Positions 18,401 to 28,152 of a DNA stretch of 64,000 bases are shown piece after piece. Origin of the DNA: an uncultured Bacteroidota bacterium (GTDB lineage: Bacteria; Bacteroidota; Bacteroidia; AKYH767-A; JABDAW01); contig CAIMUP010000006.1 of the NCBI GenBank assembly GCA_903844645.1, forward strand, positions 2,055 to 66,054. The letters run 5' to 3'. Made by a program: the position numbers and the translations under genes. The notes under the pieces are model-generated. The model searched no databases, had not been told where the DNA came from, and saw only the letters and a program-made list of their open reading frames with translations. Each line of letters opens with the position of its first letter. Within the stretch, counting starts at the first letter, position 1.

Positions 18401-18865
18401 AATGGGCTTCAGTTCACGCGTCTTTTGGTTGATGCTCGCCTCGATCAGTTGCGCTGTATTCGGGTCTATCGTAGCTTGTTGCTGGGCATTCAGTTGCAGG
18501 GTATTAATTAATTTATCCTTGATGTCGCCGAAGTGATTCCCGATGATTTTCGATGCTTGCTCGTACGAAATAATCGTGCCTAACCGATACAAATGGAACA
18601 AAGGCAGGGCGACATAATTCCCTAACACGTAGGCATTCGTCGCGAGGAAGAGATAAAAAAGCGACGTCCGGACGGCGGTATTAAAATGCCCGAAATATTC
18701 GCCAACCGCCACCGTCAGATAAAATAAAAGCGAAATAGTGAACGTATAAAGCGCACCGCGAATAAGCTGATTCTTGTAATATTTCCTGATGAACTCATCC
18801 AACTTGGCGATGAGGGTCTGATAATTTGAATTCTGATTTTCCATAGTCTTAGCCGTCTGTTTCAT
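15413..18865 (-). CDS. DUF4175-like membrane-anchored coiled-coil protein
   Basis: N-terminal TM helices, YFFEVWDNDGVNG motif and a long K/E coiled coil. Start at 18865 or 18844, downstream of TAAATTTG at 18880-18887. Confidence 0.8.
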   Translation of the reverse strand: MKQTAKTMENQNSNYQTLIAKLDEFIRKYYKNQLIRGALYTFTISLLFYLTVAVGEYFGHFNTAVRTSLFYLFLATNAYVLGNYVALPLFHLYRLGTIISYEQASKIIGNHFGDIKDKLINTLQLNAQQQATIDPNTAQLIEASINQKTRELKPIPFTSAIDLTENKKYLKFALVPLMIFLGLFFINSSILKDGTKRMIEHRTYFEKPAPFSFEVLNKDLKAVQQEDYRLDIRIAGNEVPENAYIEIGGNQFKLEKENNASYHFDFKNVQKNTTFHLIGNGVTSKEYELVAIPNPLVLTFEAAFEYPAYTGKANDKLQNTGDFNIPAGTKVNWKFLTRNTDALKLIFKDNAVVDVHLIEANKFGYSRKFMESDNYAISTSNSQLKSKDSIRYSVTVIPDLYPTINVEQQKDSLSTKRYFFKGLVKDDYGFNKLNFVYKFLKTDDSSANKGKEFAEAIPVHNNAMQDQFFYYWDAGNLKVSAGDEIEYFFEVWDNDGVNGSKATRSATYIFKAPTLKEIEQSTGAKSDAIKQELKDALADAKKLEKDLNEINKDMFDKKSLNWEDKKKIEDVMKREEKLENKAAEIQKENKQKQENEKEYKEVNKDILQKQEELNKLMDKLMNPEMKKMMDELKKLMENMDKQKIQDKLEEMKYSNKDIEKEMDRTLEIFKKMEVEKKFTETVEKINKLAEEQKKLADKTEEKNADTKELEKKQDDLNKSFEDIKKDIKEIEKKNQELTTPEKMENTDEEQKDISQEQKESKESLEQNKKSNASKSQKKAADKMKKMADKMAASAAAAGAEKEGEDEAALRALLENLIRISFNQEELMGQLKDFDVNNPQYLKIGKDERKLKDDMRMIEDSLTALSKRVTQISSTVNKEINSINMNIDKSLDFFEERNTGMARNNQQYAMTSMNNLALILSEALSQMQQAESQAKPGSGACKKPGKGKKKDSMSDIKKMQDNLADAIKKLKEGQKKGENGKKPGGKDGKEGQDGAKPGENGKNGENGPNGMNEQLAKLAAQQAAIRDAVNELNKSENKDGKGSLGDLGKMAQQMEEVQKDLVNNRISQETLNRIDQIKTRLLESEKAEKEREQDEKRESKEGKNVAKRNPFDLDEYKRLKLKEIELLKTLPPSLNPYYRQKVDQYFQSIQN

Positions 18866-18941
18866 GTTATTTAATGCTGCAAATTTACTCAAAAACGAAT
18901 ACATCGGCAAAAAGTTCCTTAAATGTTGGTTAAATTATTTT

Positions 18942-19025
18942 GAAAACGGGTTGTCCTTTTCAGAAAACGGGTTGCCGTTTTTTGAAAACGGGTTGCCGTT
19001 TTTGGAAAACGGGTTGCCGTTTTTA
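18942..19025. repeat. 21-bp tandem array of palindromic units, 4 units
   Basis: GAAAACGGGTTGCCGTTTTTT, containing an AAAACGG/CCGTTTT dyad. Confidence 0.92.
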
Positions 19026-19123
19026 AGGTTTTGAGGGTCCAAAATGACACTTTTATAACTTAAAATGATAGTCAATCCCAACGGACACGTGGGTTTCTAT
19101 TAGTAATTTTGGAATTTATGGGA

Positions 19124-19189
19124 AAAGTAAAAGGTCTAAAGTTCAAAGTTGGGATGCTCCACAACTTCAAACCTTAGACCTTCCACTTT
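19124..19189. repeat. Imperfect hairpin built from 7-bp units (possible terminator of the 890-aa gene)
   Basis: AAAGTAAAAGGTCTAAAGTTCAAAGTTG ... CAACTTCAAACCTTAGACCTTCCACTTT. Confidence 0.5.
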
Positions 19190-19206
19190 AAGCCCTTCGG
19201 GAGGGA

Positions 19207-21879
19207 TTATTTTATAAATATTTTGTCGGTAAAGGTAGTGCCCTGCCCCTTGATATTTAACCAATAGATGCCTGCCGGCAGCGTCCCGACATGAATCGTT
19301 TTCGTGAAGGACGATAGCGGCGGCAGCACAGCTTCATGATATACCACCTGCCCCAAAAGATCTATCAGTTCGATAGTTAATTCCTCATGTTTCACGTCCT
19401 TGAAATCCAGATAAAAGTTGCCGTCGCTCGGATTAGGATATACCTGAATATTCAGGGCGGTAGCCTTCAGTTCATGGATGCCGGACAACCCCACCGTGAG
19501 CGAATGGGTATTAATTATCGAGGTACAGCCGCTATCGTAAACCGTCAGGCTGACATGCCGCTGCCCGATGGTCGTCCAGTAGATATGTTGCGGACCTTGT
19601 ACCGTCCCTCCCGGGGTTGCCGTTCCTAAAGGATAGGTCCAATTGTAAGTAGCATTAATCGGGGCGTTGCCCGTGTAAGTCGCGGTAATCTGTTGCCCTT
19701 GTACGGGGCTGGCATTGTTAATGCTGAAGTTGGAGGTATAAATCGGTCTCGGAACCATGTTCGGACGGGCAGCTGCTGGACCGGCACCGCAGCCGTTTAC
19801 TCCGGCAACCGTGAGGGTTAAGGACGTAGAACCAACGAATAGTGGGATGGAATCAACCGTACTCGTACCCGCCCATCCTGTTCCTGCAACGATTGTCCAG
19901 ACATAGTCTGTAATGCCGGAGATCGGCGTGGTTTTAAACCAAACAATGGTTCCCTGGCATAATGCCGAATCATACGTAATGGTACCTGGCGAAACGGTGA
20001 TGGGGCTTGCATTCGCGGTAATGGTTATTGAATCAGCAATGCTGGATCCGCAAGGATTGTTCACGGTTACTTTTAATACCGCAGAGCCAGTGCCGGCAGT
20101 AATATATATGGAATCGGTAGTGCTCGATCCGCTCCATCCCGTTCCGGTGATGGTCCAGGTATAGGAGGTAGCCCATGGCGCAGGATTGACGTAGAATAAG
20201 GTAGTGCCGCTGGTGCAGGCATCAGAGGGACCCATGATCGGGGCAGGTGGTGGTACGTTGCATTGGTATATCTTGGCGAATTCGGTATTCCATAGGGTAT
20301 TTCCGGTGCAATATTCCTGAAGGGTGAAGAATGTCTGGTTGTCCGAAGGATCTACGCAGGTGGCGGAATAATCTCCCCATCGGTTTTTCGGACCTCCCAA
20401 TGTTTGATAATAATAAGCCGTTCCGCCCTTGTACATATACGGGTTTCTCATGGTATTAATAGCATCGGCTGCGCCACGATAAGAGAAGGCACAACTGGGG
20501 TGCATGTTTGATGCTAACATAGAATACCCGACAACCATATCATTTGCCTGATTCACGGCAACCGAAGGATAGACGTAGTTAGTATCTATCGCGGTAGCAT
20601 CATCTATCAAATTGTTTTGAATAATATTCCCCACAGTATCTACTTGCCACCATGCTACCGAGACCCGTGTCGGGTTGCCCACAGGAAGATACGCATTGTG
20701 AGCAAACCAAAGATAGTTATTCCGATAAACACAACTGGAGATCCGGTCATCGCCCACCGCTATTTTATGAGTCGTTCCTGATTGCGGACCAGTATCTGCG
20801 CCTGTTGCGCTACCATTATTCTCCCAAGGGATAGTCCCTGTGTAAGAGGTAACAGTCGAAAATACCGGAGCGGTAGGTGTTCCTGATATTTTGAATAACG
20901 TAACGGCGGCACTCGGACCATCGGCGGTTTCGAGGCAAAACAAATCATTCATCGTCGCATCATAGGTGAAGGCTGGACAAATGCAAAAGTTGCTTGTCAG
21001 ACCTGATATTAAAGTATGTTGAGCATTGGTGCCGGCAAGGATATTCGCTTTGTTGAATATAAAAATCTGGTCTTCGGCAAACGCACCCGAAGCATTGTTA
21101 AAGAGATTTCCATTCACCACAATCCAATTTTTATTAAACCCTAATTCAGGATAATCCAACCAATTCGCACCCGTAGCATCTATCAGGATACGGAACAAGT
21201 GCCACGTCCCAGTCGGATCGTTCGTTGCCGAAGCTCCTATTAGTAAATACGAAACCGTTTGTGCAGCATTCAGCGACAAAGCCGTAACGATATACCTATT
21301 AGTATAAGGATCGTAAACACATTTCGGGTCGAAGCAGCTCATCCCGCCGCCTAAGGAAGACCAAAAGCTGGTCAGCGAAACGGGGGCTTGCGATTGAACT
21401 CCTGTTTTGCTCGTAATTTTAACTTGCGTGTTAAAAGTCTGCAAGATATGGTTCGGTCCGACGGCACAAAAGATGTCGGGAGGAATAATCTGCCCCGATT
21501 GTGTTAATCCTGCGAAGATGGTATCAGGCGTGGGCGAGGCAATGTTACTACTTTTCATCCTTTTGCTCAAGGTTTTCGATTTAGTGTTATCCGTCCCGTA
21601 ATTCGGAATAGGCGGTATTTCGCTGTGATTAAATTCCGATTCCGGAATGTTATGTTTCATCGGGTTCAAGGGGTTTTTCGGGTCCGTATCGGGATGCGTC
21701 GCATCGTATAATAGCATATCCGAGTAGCTTACGGTACTGCTATTTTGTTCGTAGCCCGTCGTACCCGGGTGGGTAGTTTGAGAATATTGGGCTGCGAGGT
21801 TATTATTAAGGAATAATAAAGCTCCTATTATAAGGAGTGCAAAAATCGGGAGGCGGCGCATGTGATTCATAAATTTCAT
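19207..21879 (-). CDS. T9SS type A cargo protein: uncharacterised N-terminal domain plus PKD-like domains
   Basis: Signal peptide, PPD..AVGPNH / WLDYP / RWGDYS domain, PKD-like repeats and CTD VYPNPSDG...GIYWLNI. TAATTTTG promoter at 21927-21934. Confidence 0.85.
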   Translation of the reverse strand: MKFMNHMRRLPIFALLIIGALLFLNNNLAAQYSQTTHPGTTGYEQNSSTVSYSDMLLYDATHPDTDPKNPLNPMKHNIPESEFNHSEIPPIPNYGTDNTKSKTLSKRMKSSNIASPTPDTIFAGLTQSGQIIPPDIFCAVGPNHILQTFNTQVKITSKTGVQSQAPVSLTSFWSSLGGGMSCFDPKCVYDPYTNRYIVTALSLNAAQTVSYLLIGASATNDPTGTWHLFRILIDATGANWLDYPELGFNKNWIVVNGNLFNNASGAFAEDQIFIFNKANILAGTNAQHTLISGLTSNFCICPAFTYDATMNDLFCLETADGPSAAVTLFKISGTPTAPVFSTVTSYTGTIPWENNGSATGADTGPQSGTTHKIAVGDDRISSCVYRNNYLWFAHNAYLPVGNPTRVSVAWWQVDTVGNIIQNNLIDDATAIDTNYVYPSVAVNQANDMVVGYSMLASNMHPSCAFSYRGAADAINTMRNPYMYKGGTAYYYQTLGGPKNRWGDYSATCVDPSDNQTFFTLQEYCTGNTLWNTEFAKIYQCNVPPPAPIMGPSDACTSGTTLFYVNPAPWATSYTWTITGTGWSGSSTTDSIYITAGTGSAVLKVTVNNPCGSSIADSITITANASPITVSPGTITYDSALCQGTIVWFKTTPISGITDYVWTIVAGTGWAGTSTVDSIPLFVGSTSLTLTVAGVNGCGAGPAAARPNMVPRPIYTSNFSINNASPVQGQQITATYTGNAPINATYNWTYPLGTATPGGTVQGPQHIYWTTIGQRHVSLTVYDSGCTSIINTHSLTVGLSGIHELKATALNIQVYPNPSDGNFYLDFKDVKHEELTIELIDLLGQVVYHEAVLPPLSSFTKTIHVGTLPAGIYWLNIKGQGTTFTDKIFIK

Positions 21880-22109
21880 CTAAATTTTAAGGTATAGTAA
21901 CAGTTTATTTTATTAATTTCGAGGGGCAAAATTAGCAATAAGTTTTGAGATAGCCACCATTCGGCAAGAAATCCTTCAAAAAATCCAAATCATAAAACCG
22001 AGGGAGGGAGGGAATTATTCTCCGAAAAACGCCCTTTCCTTCCCCGAAAACCTTTTATCAAACCATAATGCCCTGATATTCATCGAAAAGAGAATTGTTT
22101 GCCATCCCC

Positions 22110-22361
22110 TGAAACATGTTTGAAGGGCTTTGAAACATGTTTGAAGGGCTTTGAAACTATTCTTGAGGGCTTCAAGAATAGTATGTGGAGAGCAAATACT
22201 ATTATGTGGAGAGGAAATACTATTATGGGGAGAGGAAATACTATTATGTGGAGAGCAAATACTATTATGGGGAGAGCAAATACTATTATGTGGAGAGGAA
22301 ATACTATTATGTGGAGAGGAAATAATAGTATGTGGAGAGGAAATACTATTCTTGCGGAGCG
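22110..22361. repeat. 21-bp tandem array, 12 units, morphing in register
   Basis: TGAAACATGTTTGAAGGGCTT x2, two intermediates, then AAATACTATTATGTGGAGAGG-type x8. Confidence 0.95.
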
Positions 22362-22528
22362 AAAGAATCTTTTTGCCCCTTTCGGGGGATAAAATTTGAA
22401 TTGATAAAATGGAAGGCGGCGGCGGTTTTTGGGTTTGAGATCAGGGAAAAAGAAGGGGTGGCGAAAGAATCGGATAATTTATTTAGTTTTGACCCGTTCA
22501 CAAATCGTAAATTCTTATTCTTAATTTC

Positions 22529-24493
22529 ATGAAAAATGTCTTGGCAAATCGCCGATTAAACTTTCTCCTCGGGATGCTGATTTTGGGTGCCGTCCTGATT
22601 CTTATACCCAAAAATAATTCCGCCCAAAGCCCTCTGAAATACGAAGCTCTGAAGCTCGGATTCCCCGATAATAACGCTGTAATTACCGAGATTAAAGAGG
22701 AAATGATGATTGATATCAAGGACTCGGGCTTGGCGATGACCGGGCTGAATAGTTTTGAAATAGTGTATCTCAACGACCGCGTAAAAGACCTCGCGGGCAA
22801 GGAAATTTATTGTTCCGATTTCTGCGAAGTAAGCAATATCAAAGCCCAAACCATCACCTCCGATAAAAATGGCGGCAGGGTAATGATGGTACGCGATTTT
22901 TTTAAGAAAGATGACTTCGGCAAAGGGATTTTTTATGGCAGCGGCAAGAAAATAGAATTCTTGTTTCCCGGCGTAACAGAGGGTGCACGGTCGTTTGTAA
23001 CTTATAAACAAAAAATTCGGGACCCGCATTTTCTCACACCGTTTTACTTTGGGAGTTATGCTCCCGTCGTCAGCTCCGAATACTCCATCACCTTCCCCAA
23101 AGAAGTAAAGATAAAGGCGAAACTATACGGCAGCGACACATCAAATATTAAGTTTACCGTAACACATAAAAATAAATATACCACCTACACCTGGAAAGCG
23201 AACTTAGTCCCCGAGTACGATTTCGAAGAAGATGCTCCGCCATACAGTTCCTTCGCCCCACATGTAATAATCTCTATCGAAGAATATATTTACGACGGCA
23301 AAACGATTAAAGTGTTGGGCGATATTGATGATTTATACTCCTGGTATTCCACACTCACCGCCAAGGTGAATGTAAAGGAAGACTCTGTCCTGAAAGCCGT
23401 CGTAGATTCGCTCTGCAAAGGCGTGAGTGATGATAAAGAAAAAGCTCGCCGTATCTTTTACTGGGTTCAGGATAAAATAAAATACGTCGCCTTCGAGGCA
23501 GGATTAGAGGGCTTTGTACCACGCAATGCCGCCTTGGTATGTTCACGCCGCTACGGCGATTGTAAGGATATGGCAAGCATCTTAACGAACATGATGAAGT
23601 TCGCAGGAATCAAGACCCACCTGACTTGGATCGGCACGCGGGATATTCCTTATTCCTATTACGATGTGCCTTTACCGATAACCGATAATCACATGATCGC
23701 CTGTGCCGAAATTCATGGGGAGAAACTCTTTTTCGATGCCACCGGCAGATGTACTCCCTACGGTTTCCCCACAGCAATGATTCAAGGAAAGGAAGCCTTG
23801 GTCGGCAGTCCGGAAGGACATTGGGAAGTGATAAAAATACCCATCGTTGAACAAGAAAAAAACCGTATGACCGACACAATCAATGTTGCTATTGAGAATA
23901 AAATTATGAAAGGAACCGGAAAAGCCGTGTTCTCCGGCTATCGCAAATTGGATGTCTATTATCGCAAATTTAATAAGTCGAAAGACGAAGCCGATGATGC
24001 TATAAAATCATTCATAAGCAAAGGAAATAATAAGTTCAACGTTACAAATTTTTCCTACACCGGTTTAGAGGACAGGGATCAGGATTTAACGATAAACTAT
24101 GAATACACTTTACCCGATTATGCCCAAGTAGTCAATGATGCCATCTACATAAATCTGAATCTGAACAAGAGTTATAAGGACAATGAAATCAATCTCGTAA
24201 AGCGGAAGAATGATTTGGAATCAGAGTATAAATATATGAGCAGTTATGTTACGAAACTGGAGATACCGAAGGGATATTCTATCAAGTACCTGCCTCCAAA
24301 CAATTCTTTCAAGGATGATGAATTCGGGTATGATATAACCTACATCCAGAAGGGTGATTTTATCTATTGCGATAAGAAAATTTATATGAATCATCTGCTA
24401 CTAAAGAAATCGAAGTTCGAAACATGGAACAAGATGACAAAACAATTGAGCAAGGACTACAAGGAAGTAGTCGTGCTTACTAATTCGAAATAA
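22529..24493 (+). CDS. DUF3857 plus transglutaminase-like domain protein
   Basis: Catalytic-triad motifs YGDCKD, DNHMI and FFDAT. TAGTTTTG promoter at 22484-22491. Confidence 0.88.
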   Translation: MKNVLANRRLNFLLGMLILGAVLILIPKNNSAQSPLKYEALKLGFPDNNAVITEIKEEMMIDIKDSGLAMTGLNSFEIVYLNDRVKDLAGKEIYCSDFCEVSNIKAQTITSDKNGGRVMMVRDFFKKDDFGKGIFYGSGKKIEFLFPGVTEGARSFVTYKQKIRDPHFLTPFYFGSYAPVVSSEYSITFPKEVKIKAKLYGSDTSNIKFTVTHKNKYTTYTWKANLVPEYDFEEDAPPYSSFAPHVIISIEEYIYDGKTIKVLGDIDDLYSWYSTLTAKVNVKEDSVLKAVVDSLCKGVSDDKEKARRIFYWVQDKIKYVAFEAGLEGFVPRNAALVCSRRYGDCKDMASILTNMMKFAGIKTHLTWIGTRDIPYSYYDVPLPITDNHMIACAEIHGEKLFFDATGRCTPYGFPTAMIQGKEALVGSPEGHWEVIKIPIVEQEKNRMTDTINVAIENKIMKGTGKAVFSGYRKLDVYYRKFNKSKDEADDAIKSFISKGNNKFNVTNFSYTGLEDRDQDLTINYEYTLPDYAQVVNDAIYINLNLNKSYKDNEINLVKRKNDLESEYKYMSSYVTKLEIPKGYSIKYLPPNNSFKDDEFGYDITYIQKGDFIYCDKKIYMNHLLLKKSKFETWNKMTKQLSKDYKEVVVLTNSK

Positions 24494-24508
24494 TTTTAAT
24501 TAAATATT

Positions 24509-26470
24509 ATGAACATTAAACTAAAAATTCTATGTCTTCTTTTCATCCTTCCCGCCTGCTTGTTTTCAAAACAAATCTTGCGTTTTAAGTGGGAGGAAAA
24601 TCCCGTCCCTCATAAACTCACTGCCGAATTGGATAAAGAATCCGCAGTGATTATAGACAACTTTGTTCGGGAAGAATATTACTACAACCACAACAATAAT
24701 ATTGACCTTTATCGTACAGTTCATAAGATCATCAAGCTGAATGACGATAAGGCTATCGAACGATATAATAAGATTTATGTTTCCATGCACAATGTGGACT
24801 TGGTGGTAGAGATAAAAGGTCGGTCAATATCCAAGAACGGAGTCGTGAAAGAGGTGGAGAAAAGTGCCATGAAGGTATTGGATCAAAATGATAACAACGG
24901 GTCCTATAAAATATTTGCCATTGATGGTTTGGAGATTGGGTCGGAGGTGGAATATTATTACATCGTGAAAAAATACCCTGTGTTTTTTGCCAGAGAATTC
25001 ATGCAGCATGAAAACCCTACCTTACATTCTCGGATAGAAATTATTTCTCCCGAAAAAATCCTTTTTAAATCGAAATGTTATAACCAGTTCCCTCCTTTGA
25101 AAGACACGGTTATCGAGGAACGCAATTATCTGATAGGGGAAGCCACAAATATCCCTGAATTGCGGCAGGAGGAGTATTCCGCTTCGTCTGCTAACCTGAT
25201 GAGGGTAGAGATAAAAATCAGTAAGAGCACCGAAAAGGAGGATAAAGATTTATTGACCTGGCAAGATGCAGCGAGGACTATCTACGAACGTATTTATCTT
25301 GCTGAACATGCTTCAAATTACAGAGACCGGCTCGATAGAATCCTTAAAGATATGCACATGAAAAACATGGATGAAACAGCCCAGGTATGCGCTATCGAAA
25401 ACTATATCAAAACTAACTTCGCATTGAAGGGTGTGAGTGGTGATGAATTCAATAATTTCAACAACATCCTAAAGAACAGATATACCGGCGAGGCGGGCAT
25501 GGTCAAGCTCTTTGCAGGTATGTTGACGGAGGCAAATATTAAGCACGAAATAGTCTTAACTACCGACCGGAAAGAGATTCGGTTCGATGGCGAGTTCGAG
25601 TCCTGGAATTACCTCGACAATTACCTCATCTTCTTCCCCGATTTAAACAAATATATTGCCCCGGCAGAGATGGCTTTTCGCTTCCCGATGTTCCCCGCGT
25701 TGTGGTCCGACAACGACGGTTTGTTTATTAAAACCATCACCCTCTCAAAGAAAGAAATGGGCTACGGAGAGATCAAACACATCCCTACTTTCGATGCCGA
25801 CATCAGCTACGATGACCACGATATATCCATAAAATTCAATGACGATTTGAGCGATGCCACCATGCACGTAAAGCGAAGCATGTCGGGCTTCAACGCCATG
25901 AACATCCAGCCCTATATTAAGTTGATAACCGAAGAAAAAAGGAACGACGAAGTCATCAGATTATTAAAGGACAGCGAGAAAGAATCGAAGGCGAAGAATA
26001 CAAGATTAGAGAACGACGATTATACAATCTCCCCTTTTTACAAACCCTTCATTGTGGAGGGAGACCTGGTCGGGACGGGCTTTTTGGAGCAGGCAGGCAA
26101 GGATTATTTATTCAAGATAGGCACCGTCATCGGTCCGCAAGGGCAACTCTATGCCGAGAAGAAAAGGGAGAACGCCGTGGAGCTGGAAAACAAGCATCGG
26201 TACAACAGAAATATCTCTTTTAACATCCCGAAGGGCTATAAAATCAAGAACCTGGCAGACCTCAACCTCGATGTCTCGCATAGCAGCAACGGAGTTCGCG
26301 ATTTCAGCTTCACATCCTCCTATAAAATGGATGGCGACCGCGTCATAATCAAGGTCGAGGAGTTCTACAAATCCATCGCCGCACCGCTCACCGAGTTTGA
26401 AACCTTCCGAAAGGTAATCAATGCCTCCGCCGACTTCAATAAAGTAACCTTGGTCATCGAAAAGGAATAA
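24509..26470 (+). CDS. DUF3857 domain protein with a degenerate transglutaminase-like domain
   Basis: Same architecture as the upstream paralog (GSEVEYYY, NIPKGYKI) but lacks the catalytic Cys/His motifs. Confidence 0.82.
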   Translation: MNIKLKILCLLFILPACLFSKQILRFKWEENPVPHKLTAELDKESAVIIDNFVREEYYYNHNNNIDLYRTVHKIIKLNDDKAIERYNKIYVSMHNVDLVVEIKGRSISKNGVVKEVEKSAMKVLDQNDNNGSYKIFAIDGLEIGSEVEYYYIVKKYPVFFAREFMQHENPTLHSRIEIISPEKILFKSKCYNQFPPLKDTVIEERNYLIGEATNIPELRQEEYSASSANLMRVEIKISKSTEKEDKDLLTWQDAARTIYERIYLAEHASNYRDRLDRILKDMHMKNMDETAQVCAIENYIKTNFALKGVSGDEFNNFNNILKNRYTGEAGMVKLFAGMLTEANIKHEIVLTTDRKEIRFDGEFESWNYLDNYLIFFPDLNKYIAPAEMAFRFPMFPALWSDNDGLFIKTITLSKKEMGYGEIKHIPTFDADISYDDHDISIKFNDDLSDATMHVKRSMSGFNAMNIQPYIKLITEEKRNDEVIRLLKDSEKESKAKNTRLENDDYTISPFYKPFIVEGDLVGTGFLEQAGKDYLFKIGTVIGPQGQLYAEKKRENAVELENKHRYNRNISFNIPKGYKIKNLADLNLDVSHSSNGVRDFSFTSSYKMDGDRVIIKVEEFYKSIAAPLTEFETFRKVINASADFNKVTLVIEKE

Positions 26471-26603
26471 TTGCTCTTTTCATAGTCCAAATCGGACTCG
26501 GAAATTCTTCCTTTTTTAGAAGCGATTGTTGAGTTTTGGGAGGATGAAAGGGGGTAATGACGGAATAAGCGGTGATAATGAGAGATTTAAACTGAATCGA
26601 GCT

Positions 26604-26770
26604 TGAGATTTCCTGAGTGAAACCCCATATTTCCTGAGTGAAACCCCATATTTCCTGAGTGAAACCTGAGATTTCCTGAGTGAAACCCGAGATTTCCTGA
26701 GTCAAAACCGAGATTTCCTGAGTCGAAAATCGTCTTTTATCAAAGCAAAAAGGGTTTCGACTCAGGAAAT
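26604..26770. repeat. 21-bp tandem array (6 units) plus a downstream inverted copy
   Basis: Unit GAGATTTCCTGAGTGAAACCC. 26713-26728 ATTTCCTGAGTCGAAA is perfectly inverted at 26755-26770. Confidence 0.93.
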
Positions 26771-26922
26771 TGGGAATCCGAATCAGCATTTTTTTGATCT
26801 CGTTCATGAAATTTTTGAAGGCTCTTTTGGTAATTTTTAATGATGATACCGTTTCAAGATTTTATTTACAGATAATTCGCGGCGTATTATATATCTTTGC
26901 CGCCGAATTAAATAATTGAGAT

Positions 26923-28143
26923 ATGGGATGTGGAACGTGTTCAACTGGCGGAGGAGTTTCCTCGGGTTGTAAAAATAATGGAACTTGCGGCACCAGCGGC
27001 TGCAACAAATTGAATGTGCATAACTGGCTTAGCGATATTAAACTGCCCCAAGGATATCCTACTTTCGACATTGTCGAGGTACGGTTTAAGGGCAGTCGCA
27101 AAGAGTTTTATAAGAACTCCAACAAGCTCGACTTTAAGGTCGGCGATGTCGTCGCGGTAGATACCAATCCCGGGCACGATATTGGGATTATCTCGATGGT
27201 AGGCGAGTTGGTACGGTTTCAATTACGCAAAAAAGGCGTTGCCGAAACCTCTCCCGACATTGGGAATATCTTACGCATGGCGCATGAAACGGATCTTAAG
27301 AAATGGAACGAGATGAAATCTTTGGAATTCGATACGATGCACAAGACCCGCACCATTGCCTTGGAATTAAGGCTCGAGATGAAGGTCAGCGATGTCGAAT
27401 TTCAGGGCGACGGCAGGAAAGCAGTATTTTATTACACTGCCGATGGGCGGGTTGACTTCCGTGAATTAATCAAACGATTAGCGGTCGCATTTAAGGTCAA
27501 GATCGAGATGAAACAAATCGGGATGCGCCAAGAAGCGAGCCGGTTAGGAGGCATCGGATCCTGCGGTCGGGAATTGTGTTGCTCCACGTGGCTCACCGAT
27601 TTCAAATCCGTTTCGACCAGTGCCGGCAGGTATCAAAACCTGGCGTTGAACCCCGTAAAACTTGCCGGGCAGTGCGGCAAATTAAAATGTTGCCTCAACT
27701 ATGAATTGGATAGTTATCTGGATGCTTTAAAAGATTTCCCGGATACCAATATCTCTTTACAAACCGAGAAGGGATGGGCGAATCATATCAAAACAGACAT
27801 CTTCAAAAGAACCATTTGGTATGCGTATTCTCGCAATAAAAACAGGAAGGATGACGAAGATTCCATTCAGGTTGATGAAGCATGGCAACCCTTGAGCGTG
27901 GAGCGGGTGAAGGAGATATTGGAGATGAATAAAAAAGGTGTCAAGCCGCCTGATTTGAAGGACTATACCCGCATAGAGGATGAACCCGTTAAGCAAGTGG
28001 ACTATGCCGATGCCGCAGCACAGGACAGCATCACGAGGCTCGACCATTTGAAGCGGAGCAAGAAAAAGAAAAAGAGAAGCAACAACAATAATAAACCGAA
28101 GCCAAACCCGAATGCAAAGCCGAACGCGGTAGCTAAAAGTTAG
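26923..28143 (+). CDS. PSP1 domain protein (RicT/YaaT/Tpl family)
   Basis: Cys-rich N-terminus, FYYTADGRVDFRELI, GGIGSCGRELCCS, KLAGQCGKLKCCLNYE. TATCTTTG promoter at 26892-26899. Confidence 0.92.
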   Translation: MGCGTCSTGGGVSSGCKNNGTCGTSGCNKLNVHNWLSDIKLPQGYPTFDIVEVRFKGSRKEFYKNSNKLDFKVGDVVAVDTNPGHDIGIISMVGELVRFQLRKKGVAETSPDIGNILRMAHETDLKKWNEMKSLEFDTMHKTRTIALELRLEMKVSDVEFQGDGRKAVFYYTADGRVDFRELIKRLAVAFKVKIEMKQIGMRQEASRLGGIGSCGRELCCSTWLTDFKSVSTSAGRYQNLALNPVKLAGQCGKLKCCLNYELDSYLDALKDFPDTNISLQTEKGWANHIKTDIFKRTIWYAYSRNKNRKDDEDSIQVDEAWQPLSVERVKEILEMNKKGVKPPDLKDYTRIEDEPVKQVDYADAAAQDSITRLDHLKRSKKKKKRSNNNNKPKPNPNAKPNAVAKS

Positions 28144-28152
28144 TGCGGTGCG

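Noticed and set aside
15510..18536. Many plus-strand ORFs opposite the DUF4175 gene
   Set aside because: Antisense shadows of a K/E-rich coiled-coil gene
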